Part shown: piece by piece, positions 23,208 through 36,627 of the stretch
Position numbering within the stretch: the stretch's first letter is position 1
Layout of the letters: each line of letters starts with the position of its first letter
Origin: Euglena gracilis
Lineage: Eukaryota
Length of the DNA: 64,000 nt
Reading direction: 5' to 3'
Assembly (NCBI GenBank): GCA_039621445.1
Contig: CP154954.1
Span: 26,238,954-26,302,953 of the forward strand
Notes under the pieces: generated by a model
Seen by the model: only the letters and a program-made list of their open reading frames with translations
Told to the model about the DNA's origin: nothing
Database searches by the model: none
Position numbers and translations under genes: made by a program

Positions 23208-25666
23208 CCACCCCGGCGGGGGGAAGTGTGCGGCGGCCCGGGCCCGGCCGGCTCCCTTTTGCCTCCCCGGCAACCCTCAGACGGGGATCGGGGCATTCAC
23301 CCACTCCTCCCCCGCACGCGTTGTCGCCGTCCCTCCCTTCCTTCCAACGGTGGGCCCGAAAGGCTGCTCAATGGTGGGCCCGAAAGGCTGCTGTAAAGGT
23401 AGGCCTAATTTCGGCCTGATTTTTGCAGAACCACCAAACCCCAATCCTGGCTGCCCCATTGTTGAGAACCCTATGCAAAAACCTAAAAAAGCAAAATTCA
23501 TAAAAATGCTGACAAAGTGGGTGCGTTTGAGAATCGGGTCGTCCTCCTTTGCTAAGCCATTGACCCTCTGGGGGGGGGGGTAATTAAAGAATGCCAATTA
23601 AAAGATTAAAAGTGCAGGATGAGAGAAAGTTTGAGATGATTTTTTTGAAAACACCCAACAAGGCTAGCTCTAACGATTTTAGGTTTCGTGGCGATGAAAC
23701 ATGGAATCAACACAGGTCCCCCCCACCCTTTAAGAGATCCCTAATGATTCCCAAGATAATTTTGTATTATTCTGCCAAAGTTTTTCTCACCTTTTCTCCT
23801 GAGATTTATCCTCCAATTCCAGGAGAAAAGGGCAAAAATAAATGTCTGAGTTTTTATGAAGCAATCCCAGTCTTCTGGTTCTTCAACCGATGAAGAGGAT
23901 TTAACATGTGTATTTGCATCTCGCACCACCCTTTTGGTGATGCCCCAAACCTAATTTTCTTTATTTTCACTCTCCCAGGAGGCGATGTCCTCAACGCAGG
24001 TGTAAAATAGACAGCCGACCCAAAGCCAAAGGTTCAGGTTAAGGTTTGGGTTATTGAGTCATGGGGTTAGGACAGGGAAAGGATTACAATTAAATTATTC
24101 TAAAACTAGGTCTTGTTAAACGCAATGGAGGTTGAATCCTCCCACAGGACGTTTAAGTCCCCAGCAGTTCAAGTCTGCCTTTCTATGAAATGTCGCAATT
24201 TTTGTTTTTGTCAGATGATGAACAGGGTCCAAAATTTGTCACGAGGTCAAAAACTGATTTTTTTTAAAAAAAAGGAAAGAACATGGGTGAAACATGTGCG
24301 AGGGATTAAAGGAGAAACATTTATTCTGCATTCTTTTTGCAGGGTCCACAGATGGAATACTTTTCTGTCCAATGAGGAAGACATGACAAGGACACCCCCC
24401 CCCCTCCCACTGACAAAAAAGGAGGGCTCAACTCGCTCAGGTAGGCACAACACGTCCTCTCCCGAATTAATTGAAAACCACTGCTTGAAATGGATGCCTA
24501 TGTTTGGGAGTTTGCTTTTTTTTGTGTGTTTTATTGTTCTCGAAGTTGGTTTTTTTTCAATCACCAAGAATCAACACACAAAAAATTCAATTGTGCGGAA
24601 GGAACTGAGTACTGGGGGGGTCTTGAACGGAAAAAAATGTTGTGGGAAACTCTAAACGAAATTTTGTCCAAGATTTCCCCCCACTTTTAAGGATTTGCTC
24701 AGAGCTTCTGCCAAAAATTTCTTCTGCGTTTCGCAACAATTCTTGATATGTGTTTTGCTTTATTCCAATCACCTGTTTAAAAATGTGCATTGATCATCCA
24801 AAATGAACGATTTAGGCGGATATGAAGAGGAGGAAGCGGAAATCCACTTTCACCAAAATTTTTAAGAGGAAGCGGAACCTTACTTTCTTTAAGAGGAAGC
24901 GGAACCTTCTCAAATGCTAAAGCAGAAAAGAAAAACAAAGGGCACTTTTAGTTAGGTATTTGTGCAATCGGGGGGGAGGAGAAGTGGGTTCCCGCTTCTT
25001 CCAAACAAGGAAGCAGGTAGCCACTTCCCTGCCGCTTAGAATGGCCGGGGAAATTCTCGGACGAAGAAATCTCAGATCTGATACTTCAGTGAAATCATTG
25101 GGATAAGCAGCAGATCTCAGGTTTCCCACAATCCAGAATTGTGGGAAACGGAAAAAGGAACGATACAAAAAAAAACAAGTATAATCCTGAACTCCAAATA
25201 AAGGTAAAAAGGCACATGGTGAGTTGCAGAAATTTCTATACAATTTGACCCCGACATCGGCGCCAAAAGTCAAATTTTCTGGGAGTCAAGGTTGAAGGCA
25301 TCCAAGATTTTTCCTGTTCAATATTTTTCCGGCGTAATTTTTCCCGTCAGCAATTGCTCCTGGCCAGATCCCCCCGCAAATTGAAAGAAGAAGAATGAAT
25401 GAACTTTGAGGTTTTACAGCTTCAGCTCTAGCATTTTGCCCCTTGGAAAGGTGGCCTATTGGATGATTGTCTCACACAAATTTTGGCCTCACTCGCCATA
25501 CCCACCAGTTTGGCTTTGTTTTTCCCAGAGTTCACAGGATTTTTTCCCCACAGGATTCTCCGAACGTCTTTTGCACAGGATTTTCAGATGAAGGTAAAAT
25601 TAGACACGTTTCATGTTTGGGGCAGACATTCATGGCGAGGGTGAATTTGTTCCCCCCCCCTAGATT

Positions 25667-25732
25667 TGGGTTAGGGTTAGGGTTAGGGCTAAGATTAGGG
25701 TTAGGGTTAGGGTTAGGTTAGGGCCAGGGTTA
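25667..25732 (+). repeat. Interstitial (TTAGGG)n tract
   Basis: About 10 perfect or degenerate TTAGGG units next to a small inverted-repeat element (25733-25960). Confidence 0.8.
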
Positions 25733-27433
25733 ACCCCCCCCCCAAATAACCTGGCGGGGTGCCAGGTTATTGGAACAAACTTTTGGCCCAGCCCCCCCGC
25801 CAGGTTAATCGGGCCCCTTTTTTGGCGTCGTAAAGGAATTTTACCTGAAAAAGGGGGTGCCAGGTTACTGGAACCATCTTTTTTTTGCCCCTCACCCCGC
25901 CAAGTTATTTGGCCCCCGCCAGGAGCAAGGGCCCCGCCGGGTTATTGGGGGGGTTTAGGGTTGGAGGGGGGGCACAAGTTCACCCCGCCACATCCATCCT
26001 GTCCTCCTGTACTCATTTCCTGGCCTTGAAAGCAGTTGGCCTCCTGGTGTTGCCAACTTGTCCAAAGGCAACTCCCTGGTTCGGTGCCAACATTTATTTT
26101 GATGAAACTTGATGGAAACCAAAGGGTGCCATTTTTTTCTGCAAAGATTGTCCAACCAGGATTGCATTGAATTTGCACACCTGTGTTTCCTGCCTTTTTG
26201 ATATCCCCCCAGTAATAACTTCGTCCCTTGCAAAAAAGTTAGTGGACCCATCTTTTTTGTCCCGACTCAAAACCATTGATGGACCCATTGACCACGTTTC
26301 ACGTTTCACCAAATTTGTTATCGTTAGCTGTCTATTTATAATTTTAGCATAATTTAATGCCTCAATTCGTCAGATAATAGGACGATGTATTGTATGTATC
26401 CTGACTGATGCATATCCTGAAACTTTCTGTGCACACAGAAAGTGTCCAAAGTGAGGTTAGAAAATGGGCAAAGCCCATCTTCAATATTAATGCGACGGCA
26501 GTAATTGGTGCAGTGCCAGAATCCCTTCCATGGCGTGCTTCTGTCAGCTTGCAGCCTGGTTTGTCTCTGGGTTGGATGAGCGTGGTGCCAATGGCAACAA
26601 TGGTACGTCTATGTGTGTCTGTGTCGGAGGATCAGCATGTCTGATGAGGACCCTCGGCCACTGGGGGGGTACACACAGGGGGGTGCAGGGGTGCAGTGTA
26701 TCTCCAAAGCTTTCCTTTTCGCCCTGAAAAAGTCTTTTGGCTTTCTCTTCAACAAAACAACATTCCCCCCCCACAATTTCACTTTTATGGCCGCTGATTT
26801 TTTTGTTGCTTTTTTTTTTTTTTTTTTTTTTTTTTTATTTTTTTTTGTGCTCACCACCTCCTCATTTCCCAAAAAGATGCATCATTTTTCACATCATTTT
26901 GCACATCAAGATGCATCATTTCTATTTATTTTTTTGTGAAGAGGAGGCAAAGTTATTTGGACCGACCTTTTCGGCCTTCCCCCCTGCAAAGTTGTTCGGG
27001 TATGCAAAGCTTCAGGGCACTGCAAAATTTATTTGGGGGGTTTACTGCGAAAATTCACTTCGATCTAGATCATAGGTGATGTCCTTTATGTCGTTATGAG
27101 GGCAGGCATGAAGTCCCCCCCAACCCACAAACCACTACCCACCTCCCAATCACCCACCTTGAGGTGGTGGGCGGCCAGTCACTAACTGCATTTTATGGAG
27201 TTACAGATTTAGTTTTGTGCTCAACTCCCAAACCACAACTCCGATACCCCTCCCTCCAATACACCCCTCCCTTCCAAGCCAAGCAAGCCGGGCTGTACTC
27301 CCCCGGCGAACAGAATGCAAAGCCAGCAAAATGAATGTGCTCTCGGTGCTCCCCCTCCACCATTTTTGCCACGCCCTTCGATTCCACCCGGTGACACTGG
27401 CGGGCCCATCTGTCGCCTGCACAGCCCACCACC

Positions 27434-27494
27434 ATGCCGCGGTGGAGTCTGTGGCTCCTCCTGCTGCTGTGGCTGATGCCAGGCCCCGAAGCAG
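27434..27494 (+). CDS. Mucin-like Thr/Ser/Pro-rich secreted protein, exon 1 (signal peptide)
   Basis: ACCACCATG; MPRWSLWLLLLLWLMPGPEA, a hydrophobic signal-like peptide; phase-1 G|GTGTGC donor matches the phase-1 acceptor at 28966. Confidence 0.75.
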
Positions 27495-28965
27495 GTGTGC
27501 CCCTTCCGTCGATGGTTGTGAGAGGGGCGGGGGGGGGGGCGCACGTTCCTGTGGCTGGCTTCATCGTGGATGCGCGTATGCCATCTGCTTTGCATCTGTA
27601 TGAATCGCATTGAACCATCGGATTGTCAATCTGCAACCACAGAAGTGACCAGCCCCCCCCCCCCCAGCATCCAAGCCAAAGTGTTGGATCTGGGTCAGGG
27701 ATTTTCCTTCCGCCGGCCTCTGCCAACGGGGCTGCGGCCCCCCTTCCCCGGCCCCAGGGTCCCGAAATAAACTCTGGACAAATTTATATTTATAATAAAT
27801 ATTTTTAGATATATTAGATATTATATTTAGCTATAACAAATATATTCAGAAGAATGGTTGACATTGGTATTTTTCAGGGTTTGAGGGTTTTTTTTTGCTG
27901 CTTTAAGATCAAACCAGTCGAATTTGGGCTTTTCTTTGCTACCAGCCAGCCTTTTCCGGCATGCGGCTGAGCACACTGGACTCTGGGGGGGAGGGGTCAA
28001 GCCATGCGACCTCCCCAGTTGGCTGGTTGGCTGGATGAACCCTGTGGGGCCTTTGAGAAATCCCACCAGAGACCTAGAGATCTTGATGAAAGGCCACACA
28101 AGCTTGGACACAGCCCATCACGCTTCGTGCCCATCTCGATCTGAGAGAAAACTTACCCAAAATAGCAATAGAAAACACATTGACCCTCATACTTCCGACC
28201 ATGGAGGACAAAATTCATTGAAGGGTTTATATATTTATTGCCAAATTCTCAAAAAATACTTTTTGTGCCTCGATGGCCGTATATTGGCCCCCTGGGCCAC
28301 CTTGTCTTATGTTCAGTCCTGGCATGGAGCAATTCTGCTGGGACAAAAGAATGGGCATTCACCACAGTGGAGAACAGATCTGATTTCAGATTTTGATCAA
28401 ATTTGGAGGTTATTGTGAGGTGCGAAAGTCAACGTCACCGTCCAAAAAGTAAATGGCTTGCTTTGACCCTGAGGGGCACCGCGTCTTCAAATCACGAGAT
28501 ATCCACAGTTCTGTCACACAGTTCGTATTTTTGGACACATTTGGTTGCAATTTATTATTACGACATATATTCTGACTCAGAACTTGGTCTGTTTGTTTGT
28601 ACTGCTGTCGAGAATGTGTCTCGGGAAATATTTCGAACGAATGGAACGCAAAATGCGCAAGACTGCAAAACGTCGCATTTGCAAAACGTCATTGCAAAAC
28701 GCATTGCAAAACGTCGCAAACTGGCGACCGCATCGGGCTGACTGGGCGGCGCGCCTCCGAGCGCCCCAAACACTTTCTAATGCCACTGCCTCCCGTCCAC
28801 AGCCCCAACGTTGCTAATGGACACAGGGGCGCGAACTCGCGCGGAAAGCGCTGGTGGGCGTCGGTGGTCGCGGGGAACGGGATGGGGAGTGGGCAGGCGG
28901 CGGCGGGGCAGTTGAAGCCTTCAGCAAATCCCCTCCTTTCCGCCGGCCCCTCCATCCCGTCGCAG

Positions 28966-29065
28966 CCACCCCCACTCCGACGCCCACCACCACCACCACT
29001 CCGTCGGAAACGGACACCGCATCGGAGACGGCCACCCTCTCGCCGACTGTCTCCGCGACCCCGAC
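28966..29065 (+). CDS. Mucin-like protein exon 2
   Basis: Pyrimidine tract plus GCAG|; ATPTPTPTTTTTPSETDTASETATLSPTVSATPT; ends C|GGCCAGGGTCGG (nonconventional, phase 2). Confidence 0.8.
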
Positions 29066-30082
29066 GGCCAGGGTCGGGCCGGGAGGCTGCCTGTGTGCAG
29101 CGGTGCCCGTCCCCTTGCCACCCATTCCCCCACAAAGGTGCTTGCAAACCCTTTCGATGTGCTACGAATGGCACACTCAGGACTTTCAAAAAAAACAGCA
29201 ATTGCGTGGTTGCAGAAATGCCCCTGAGCCCACCACCTGTTGAGTGTGAGATTGCCTCCCTCCCCGTTTGTCGGATGCTCTTGTTGTGGATCTATGTTTT
29301 AGCCAGGAGGACCCTGTTCTGGACATTGGGTACCTTTCTTTTTGCTGCTTCATTCAGCATGAGCCAAGAGCTTTTTGAGCAAAACGTGTCGAGAGAAAAA
29401 TGCGCCATTTTGTTTTGTTTTTTTTTTACGTTAGAGTTTGCCTTTTTAGTCAATTGCAACCATACATTGTCCGTCTCTGTTGAATGGCTATCTGAATTTT
29501 GAATTGTAGAGGGGTGCTCATGTAATGGATGCTCGTTCTGTCAGAGGGGAGTTGCTCTTCTCTTTGGACCCTGCTGTTGTAACCCCCTCCCCCCCTTTCC
29601 CAACCCTCAGTTTGAAGGATTAGGTTTGGTGGGTCAGCTGAAGGGGGGGGGGGGTTATCAGTGAGGGGGATAAATCCAGGAACTGTTGGTGAAACTCGGG
29701 TCGGGCTCCCCGAAATGACCTCAGAACCCAAAACATCAGCTTCGCATTTTTTTTGAAAAAGTGTGGTTTTTTTTTCATTGTGGGGGTGGTGGTTATGGGA
29801 ATGCTGGTGGCGGATGGTACACAGGTTTTGTCACCGCTGGGGTGGTCACCGTGAAGGCAATTGAGAAAGCGATGAAGACTCTAACCCCACTCCCAATGAA
29901 ACAAAAGCGGAGTGGAGTGGATGTGTAAGTACAATTAACACACTAAAGCAGACAGCCAATAGACTAAAGCTTCGAGTGCGAGTCTGGCAAACCGTCTTGA
30001 GAATGATTTATCAGACTCTCTGGCGACTCTGTTGCCTTTTCCTTTCCGAGTGGCGGAAAGGTGCGGTTCCGGCCCTGCCTCC

Positions 30083-30559
30083 AAGGACGGCGTCCCCGAC
30101 CAGCACCTCCACCCGCAGCCGGACGGCCACCCTAACGGCCACGACCACCGCCACCCCAACTGCAACGGCAACCTCCACCCGAACCAGGACGTCCACCCTC
30201 AGTTCCACCACCACCAGAACCAGAACGGCCACCGCCACGGCCACGGCCACCCCCACAAGGACGGGCACGTTCACCCGCAGCGCCACCATAACCTCCACGG
30301 CAACCGCCACCCCCAGCTCCACAGCAACCCCCACCAGAACGGCAACCCTCACTCGAACCAGCACGCTCACCCCGAGCTCCACCACCACCGCCACCGCAAC
30401 GGCGTCCCCCACCGCGACGGCCACCTTCACCAGAACCGGCACGTTCACCCGCAGCGCCACCATAAGTGCCACGTCAACCGCCACCCCCACCACGACGGCA
30501 ACCCCCACCCGAACCTCCACCAGCACCCCCAGTTCCACACTCACGGCCTCAGATACGGC
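30083..30559 (+). CDS. Mucin-like protein exon 3
   Basis: CCGGCCCTGcctcc|A acceptor pairs with the previous donor; Thr-rich TRTATITST repeats; ends C|GACCAGAG, phase 2. Confidence 0.85.
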
Positions 30560-31069
30560 GACCAGAGACCTTTTTAACGTTTGGACTCCCGGTTGGGCCC
30601 TACCCCTTCCTCCCCCTCTCACTGAGTACCCCAGCGATGCATGGGAAGCCCGTCAGTCCCCCCCAGATGTTGGGAGGGGGGTGTCCGGATCCCCCTCCTT
30701 GGTCTAAAATTGGAGAAAATTTTTCTTTTGCAGAAGTTTGCTTTCCCCCCACTTTTAAGCACATTTTTTGGGCGTTTTTATTTCTCATACGAGAAAAAAA
30801 TAAAAAACGAAAAATCTTCTGAAAGAAAGCCCAAGTTTTCCAGCCTCTGAGTTTGAGGTGGACCCCCAAGGGGGGTCTTTAAGCAACGCCCTGGGTGGGA
30901 GGGCTTCTGACCCCCCCCCAGTCTGTGTTAGGAGGCGGTCCGGACCCCCCCTCAGGATTTATCATACATCCCTGGACCCTACTGCCCCCCCCCAACCCCC
31001 CCTCCAGGGGGGTGGACAGATGGGTGCCAACTCCCCCTCCTTGGGTCTCAAGGATAAACCTCTGACAAC

Positions 31070-31450
31070 AACTCCTACCAGCACCACCACCAGCACCCCC
31101 AGTGCCAGCATAACAAGCTCGGACACGGCGACTCCTACACGCACCTCCACCCGCACCCGCACCGCCACCATCACGTCAACAACTACTGCCACCCCCACCG
31201 CCACCGCGACCTCCACCGGCACCTCCACCCGCACCCGCACAGCCACCATCACGTCGACGGTGACGGCCACCCCCACCACCACCGCAACCTCCACGGGCAC
31301 GCGCACCCGCAGCGCCACCATCACGTCCACGACCACCGCCACCGCCAGCCCCACCGCGACCACCAGCATCACGAGCTCCTCCACGGCCACCCCGACCCCG
31401 ACCCGGACGTTCACCCGGAGCAGCTCCATCACCTCCACCACCTCCATGAC
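31070..31450 (+). CDS. Mucin-like protein exon 4 (3' end +/- 3 nt)
   Basis: CTCTGacaac|A acceptor, in frame; Thr-rich repeats; followed by CTGCTCACCTT, which pairs with AAGGTGGGTTGCAG at 37281-37294. Confidence 0.75.
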
Positions 31451-32894
31451 CGCTGCTCACCTTGACTGGCGGAATTCTCCCAGCAATCAGATATCTCGGG
31501 TGATACCCCTGACGTCACGCATTCCTCATAAGAGGTGCGAATTTCATTGATCAGATAGTGAGCCATTGTTGGAGGCTGCGAGTTATTGCGAAGATGGGGA
31601 TTTGGCATTTTTTTTATCCCTCTCAAACAACCCCCAAAAGCTAACCTTCCACTTTTACGACACCCAAATAATTCACTTGTGCCAAAAAAAAATTGGGTGA
31701 AACTCAGGATTTTTGGCATTCACTTCTCAGAAGATACCATATTTTTTGCCAAAAATGTTGGTTCAATGAAAGTGAATCAGTAGCGATGGGAGCCAAAATA
31801 CCAATTATGTAATATTTTTTGTAAGTAAAGAGTGCATGTTAGCGGGCATTTTGAGCTTGAAAACTTATCCAAGCAACACCCTTCTAAACTTCTGAGCCAG
31901 CAGGATTCTTAAGGCCCTCCCGGGGGGGGGGGGGCTTTAGACTCTCCAGTGGGGGAAGCGTATGGCAGCACCCGGGTCTGGCTTTCCAACTTTTCGGTCC
32001 TGTGGCCCCACAGAACTGCGCCGGATCCGGGCTAATTTTGTTGAATTCCGTTAGGATTGGAACTTATTTTTAGGAATAGGGTTAGGGTTAGGATTGGCGC
32101 GCCGAGAATGGCCGCATTTCGGACAGGAGTTAGGTCGCAAGTTAGGTCCCTGTTTCGGAAGACTCTTATGGTGCGCTCTTGTCAGGATTTTCCAAAATTC
32201 GGCCTACGTTCGGCTCCAAAGCGCATTGCCCCCCCTCCGCAAATGCTTTGCTTGATGGCATTTTTTTTGGGGGGTTGAGCCTAATAAAACACAGCCACCC
32301 GGAGACGTCATGGGATAAACCAACTGTCGCACGTGGGAGTGACTGTTTTTTTGTCCTTGCAAGAGCAAGCAAAGGTTCCCTCCAGTTTTCTTCGTTATTT
32401 TTTGGATGAGAAAATTGCTGACCCTGCTTTTGCTCTTTTGGGCACCAGCGCAGACCAGCTCAAAAGCCAAAACGTGCTGCATTTTCAAATTTTTTTTGTC
32501 TTGCGCCGCACGAGGGGTGCCTGTGGGCGCTTCCCCGGAGGGGGGTTATATTCGATTGCAAATTGGGGGGGTGTGCCTAATCCCAATCGGTAAACATGTT
32601 ACATTTCATTTTTGCACTTTATTTTTTGTCAGTTGTGGCTGCAAATTATCTGAACAGTTCTTTGTCAGCATCAGCAGCCAATCCATACAGTAAAAAGGGG
32701 CGTTGCATGGGATAACGTTGCAGCGAATGGGCATTTCAACAGAAGGTAAAGTGTTGATGGTGCAACATACATTCTTCATCTTCATGCTGGTATTCTTCAG
32801 GAAGGTCGGAATCATTCTTCCTTGGAGCCCAGAACATGGCAATATGCCTTGTGTGCAAGAGCAAAACAGCAGGGAAGCAACAGAGGAACACACC

Positions 32895-33638
32895 ACATAC
32901 CCACCTACGTTTTTACCTCCCTACTCACCCACCCACCTGCCTGCCTACCTGCCTGTCTACCTTCCTGTTTGCCAACCTGCTTGCCTGCCCACCTACCTAC
33001 CTACCTACCTACCTACCTACCTACCTGCCTACCTACCTACCTACCTATTTCCCTACCTACCTACCTACCTACCTACCTACCTACCTACCTACCTACCTAC
33101 CTACCTACCTACCTACCTACCTACCTACCTACCTACCTACCTACCTACCTACCTACCTACCTACCTACCTACCTGCCTACTTACTTACCTTCCTACCTAC
33201 CTGCCTACCTACCTGCCTGCCTGCCTGCCTGCCTACCTGCCTGCCTGTCTACCTACCTACCTACCTGCCTACCTACCTGCCTGCCTGCCTGCCCACCTAC
33301 CTACATTTTTACCTCCCTGACCTACCTACCTACCTGCCTGCCTACCTACCTCCCTCCCTCCCTCCCTCCCTCCCTCCCTCCCTACCTCCCTGCGTACCTA
33401 CCTACCTACCTACCTACCTACCTACCTACCTACCTACCTACCTACCTACCTACCTACCTACCTACCTACCTACCTACCTACCTACCTACCTACCTACCTA
33501 CCTACCTACCTACCTACCTACCTACCTACCTACCTGCCTACTTACTTACCTTCCTACCTACCTGCCTACCTACCTGCCTGCCTGCCTGCCTGCCCACCTA
33601 CCTACATTTTTACCTCCCTGACCTACCTACCTACCTGG

Positions 33639-33680
<42 letters not shown>

Positions 33681-33717
33681 ACCTGCCTGCCTGTCTACCT
33701 ACCTACCTACCTACCTA

Positions 33718-33757
<40 letters not shown>

Positions 33758-33990
33758 CCCACCTACCTACATTTTTACCTCCCTGACCTACCTACCTACC
33801 TGCCTGCCTACCTACCTACCTATCTCCCTCTCTCCCTCCCTCCCCACCTCCCTACCTCCCTGCCTACCTACCTACCTACCTACCCACCTACCTACCTACC
33901 TACCTACCTACCTACCTACCTACCTACCTACCTACCTACCTACCTACCTACCTGCCTGCCTGCCTACCTACCTACCTACCTACCTACCTA
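32895..33990. repeat. (CCTA)n/(CCTG)n compound microsatellite
   Basis: Direct reading; includes a higher-order repeat marked by CATTTTTACCTCCCTGA at about 33304, 33605, 33770. Confidence 0.95.
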
Positions 33991-34399
33991 ACCCCCCAAT
34001 ATTAGCAACCCTTTGGCCAATTTTTGGTCGGCCCAGATATAAGCAACCGGATGCCGGATGTTTAACTTTGGGAATCCGAAAATGGGCTCATATTTAGGGG
34101 TTGCTGAAATTTGGAATTCGCTGATTTCTGCCATTTTACTCTGTTTTTAATGAAAATTCCTTCATATCGTCCAGTCAGGGTTTGCTTATATTTGAGGGTT
34201 GCTTATATTCGGGTGGGGGGGGGGGTTCACCTTCCTCTACCTATATGCATACCTGCCAACCTGGCTGCCTTGTATCTGCCTGCCTGCCTGTTTGCCTGCC
34301 TGCCTGTCAGCCTGCCTGTCTGTATGCAATAGGTACCTCTTGGCCACCCCCCCCCCCCCCGGTCGGGGTTGCTAAGGTTGAACCTATAGCACTGACCGC

Positions 34400-35400
34400 G
34401 GATGCTGACTGGTGAACAGGACATGCCGCCTTCGCAGCCCTGAGAGATAATAGTATGGTGTGCGGCTAGTGAGTGTGGTGGTGGTAGTTAGGTCAGTCCT
34501 GCAGGCTGACCCAGCGGATGGCCTCCAGCCCCAAGAGGAAGCGATCATCGCTGTGAGTGTTCACAAGCGATTCGTATTCCCCAACGTAGTCAGGTCGGTG
34601 CCCCCGCGGGAATGCTGTCTTTGGTGCAGAGCCAGGTTTTCAGCGGCCCCACAGTCCCTCAACTCGGTTAATAGAGATTGTGCACCGACGGCTGCACAGC
34701 ACCTCGTGGCGCGTGAACACCCCACAGCCGTGCCCTGCCATGTGGTGGCACCGTGCACGTTGGCAGAAGCGCCCCGCCATCCAGGATGGCCCCGAAGAGT
34801 TTGCGCAAGTGCCCTGCCCCTCTTGGACAGTCAGCAGGCCGTGGCGGTGGATGCCTGCCAGCCCAGCTCTGTCTCGTCCACCTCCACCTTCACCAGGGCA
34901 CCCCCCCCCACGCCCTGCCATGGGAGATGTTCCGCTCCACCGGGATGGCAACTATGCAGCAAAATGCAGAGGTGCATTAGCTGCCGCCGCCCGCACTGGA
35001 TCAACTGCTCGATCTCCTCCGGGTTGTGGCCGCGCGACCGGACGAACGCCAGATGTAGCAGATCGTTCAGGCGCCAGGTTGTGTCGCGCACATTGCTAGT
35101 CAGGCTTTTGATTTGCACAGCCGCTTGGGGCGAAAGCGGCACGCAAGCCCCTGGTGTGAATGCAGCTCATTTTCCGGCAGCCAGCTGCAGCCGACTGCCA
35201 CTGTCCTGGGCCCCGTCCACACGGTGGGGGTCAGGCGCGAACAACGGGGACATGGAATCAACCTGTAGGACACCTCCAGGGAGGTGGTGCCATGCGGGTG
35301 AGAGAGAACATGTGCCAGATCGTGGAGGGAGAAGCGCACCACGACCCACGGACATTGCGTGGTCACTGCAGGGAAGTCAGCAAAGGTGACACTGAAAGAG
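34400..35400 (-). pseudogene. Possible decayed coding (retroelement-like) fragment in mucin intron 4
   Basis: Protein-like but frameshifted minus-strand pieces (LTSNVRDTTWRLNDLLHLAFVRS; LLTELRDCGAAENLALHQRQHSRGGTDLTTLGNTNRL); no diagnostic motif recognised. Confidence 0.25.
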
Positions 35401-36163
35401 AACGTCCACGCGCAGTGCCAGAACCTCAGGTCACCCCTCTAACCGGGAGGGGTGGCCAGGAAGTACATCTGCCATGTGTATCACACGTAGCTTTATATCT
35501 ATATCCATGTATCGACATGTTTATATACTTTTACCTATATTTACAGGAATCCTTCATAAAATTTGACCGGAAGGAATTGATAATTTATCTCTCAACAAAA
35601 GGAAAACAAAAGTTCTGAAAGCAGATGTTGCCCCCCAGGCACATGGGAATGTAAAAGGGAAGGAAACGAAGCACAAAATGTTAACAAATGCCCCCCCCAC
35701 CTACAAACCCCCTGGGTTATAGGATCTGGTTTGGTTGGTCGGCGGAAGAGGGGTTATAAGTCAAGGAATTGTTGCCAAAAATCCGATCCACCAAAATGAC
35801 TTCCCCAATTTGGCGATTTTCGGCAAATATGGCATTTTTGATTTTGTCAGTCTCAAGAAATTGCCAAAATATCAGTTTTTAGGTGGTTTGCAGCCGAAAA
35901 AATTGTCCTTGGCAACTTTCATTTTCTTCTCCAGGGGGGTTTATAGTCAAGGTTTGGCTGGTTGGCCTGGGGGGGGGGTATAGGTGGAGGGTTAAAAGTG
36001 GGGGGTTCATGAGTGGGGAGGTTAGGCTCTTTTGCACTCTTTGGACAGCTAAATAATCAAAACCCAAAATTTAATTTGATTTTATTTAACAAATTCAAAT
36101 AATAAAAATTCATACTGAAAGTGCGAAGAATATATATATATATTTATATATATATATATATAT

Positions 36164-36454
36164 GGCAGGTGGGAACTTCGAGACCCCCCCCCCCCCCGGG
36201 GGGGGTCTCGAACTTCACCCCGCGATGGACACCCGTTAATTGAAGGTATAGGGTTAGGTGCGCACATGCTGATTTGCGCTAATTGGCTACGTTGCGCTAA
36301 TCGGCTGTGTTGCGCAACACAGCCAATTAGCGCAACGTAGCCAATTAGCACAAATTAGCATGTGCACACCTAACCCTATACCTTCCATTAAGGGGGGTGT
36401 CCATCGCGGGGTGAAGTTCGAGACCCCGCCGGGGGTGGTCTCGAAGTTCCCACC

Positions 36455-36458
<4 letters not shown>
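36164..36458. mobile_element. Near-perfect 295-bp palindromic (foldback) element in (TA)n
   Basis: GGCAGGTGGGAACTTCGAGACC ... GGTCTCGAAGTTCCCACCTGCC; centre TGTTGCGCAACA at 36313/36314; TA repeats on both sides. Confidence 0.85.
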
Positions 36459-36499
<41 letters not shown>

Positions 36500-36522
36500 T
36501 ATATATATATATAGAGAGATAT

Positions 36523-36556
<34 letters not shown>

Positions 36557-36596
36557 GATATTCTATATATATATACTCTCTATATATATTGTCGGT

Positions 36597-36627
<31 letters not shown>

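Noticed and set aside
26554-26601. AG/GT-bounded candidate exon upstream of the mucin
   Set aside because: The exon at 27434 supplies an ATG, a signal peptide and a matching phase. Nothing independently supports this one.
32703-33991. LPTY-repeat ORFs
   Set aside because: Translation of the (CCTA)n microsatellite.
34868-34900. SSTSTFTR micro-exon candidate
   Set aside because: No convincing paired boundaries. It is better explained as the antisense of the minus-strand fragment VKVEVDETEL.
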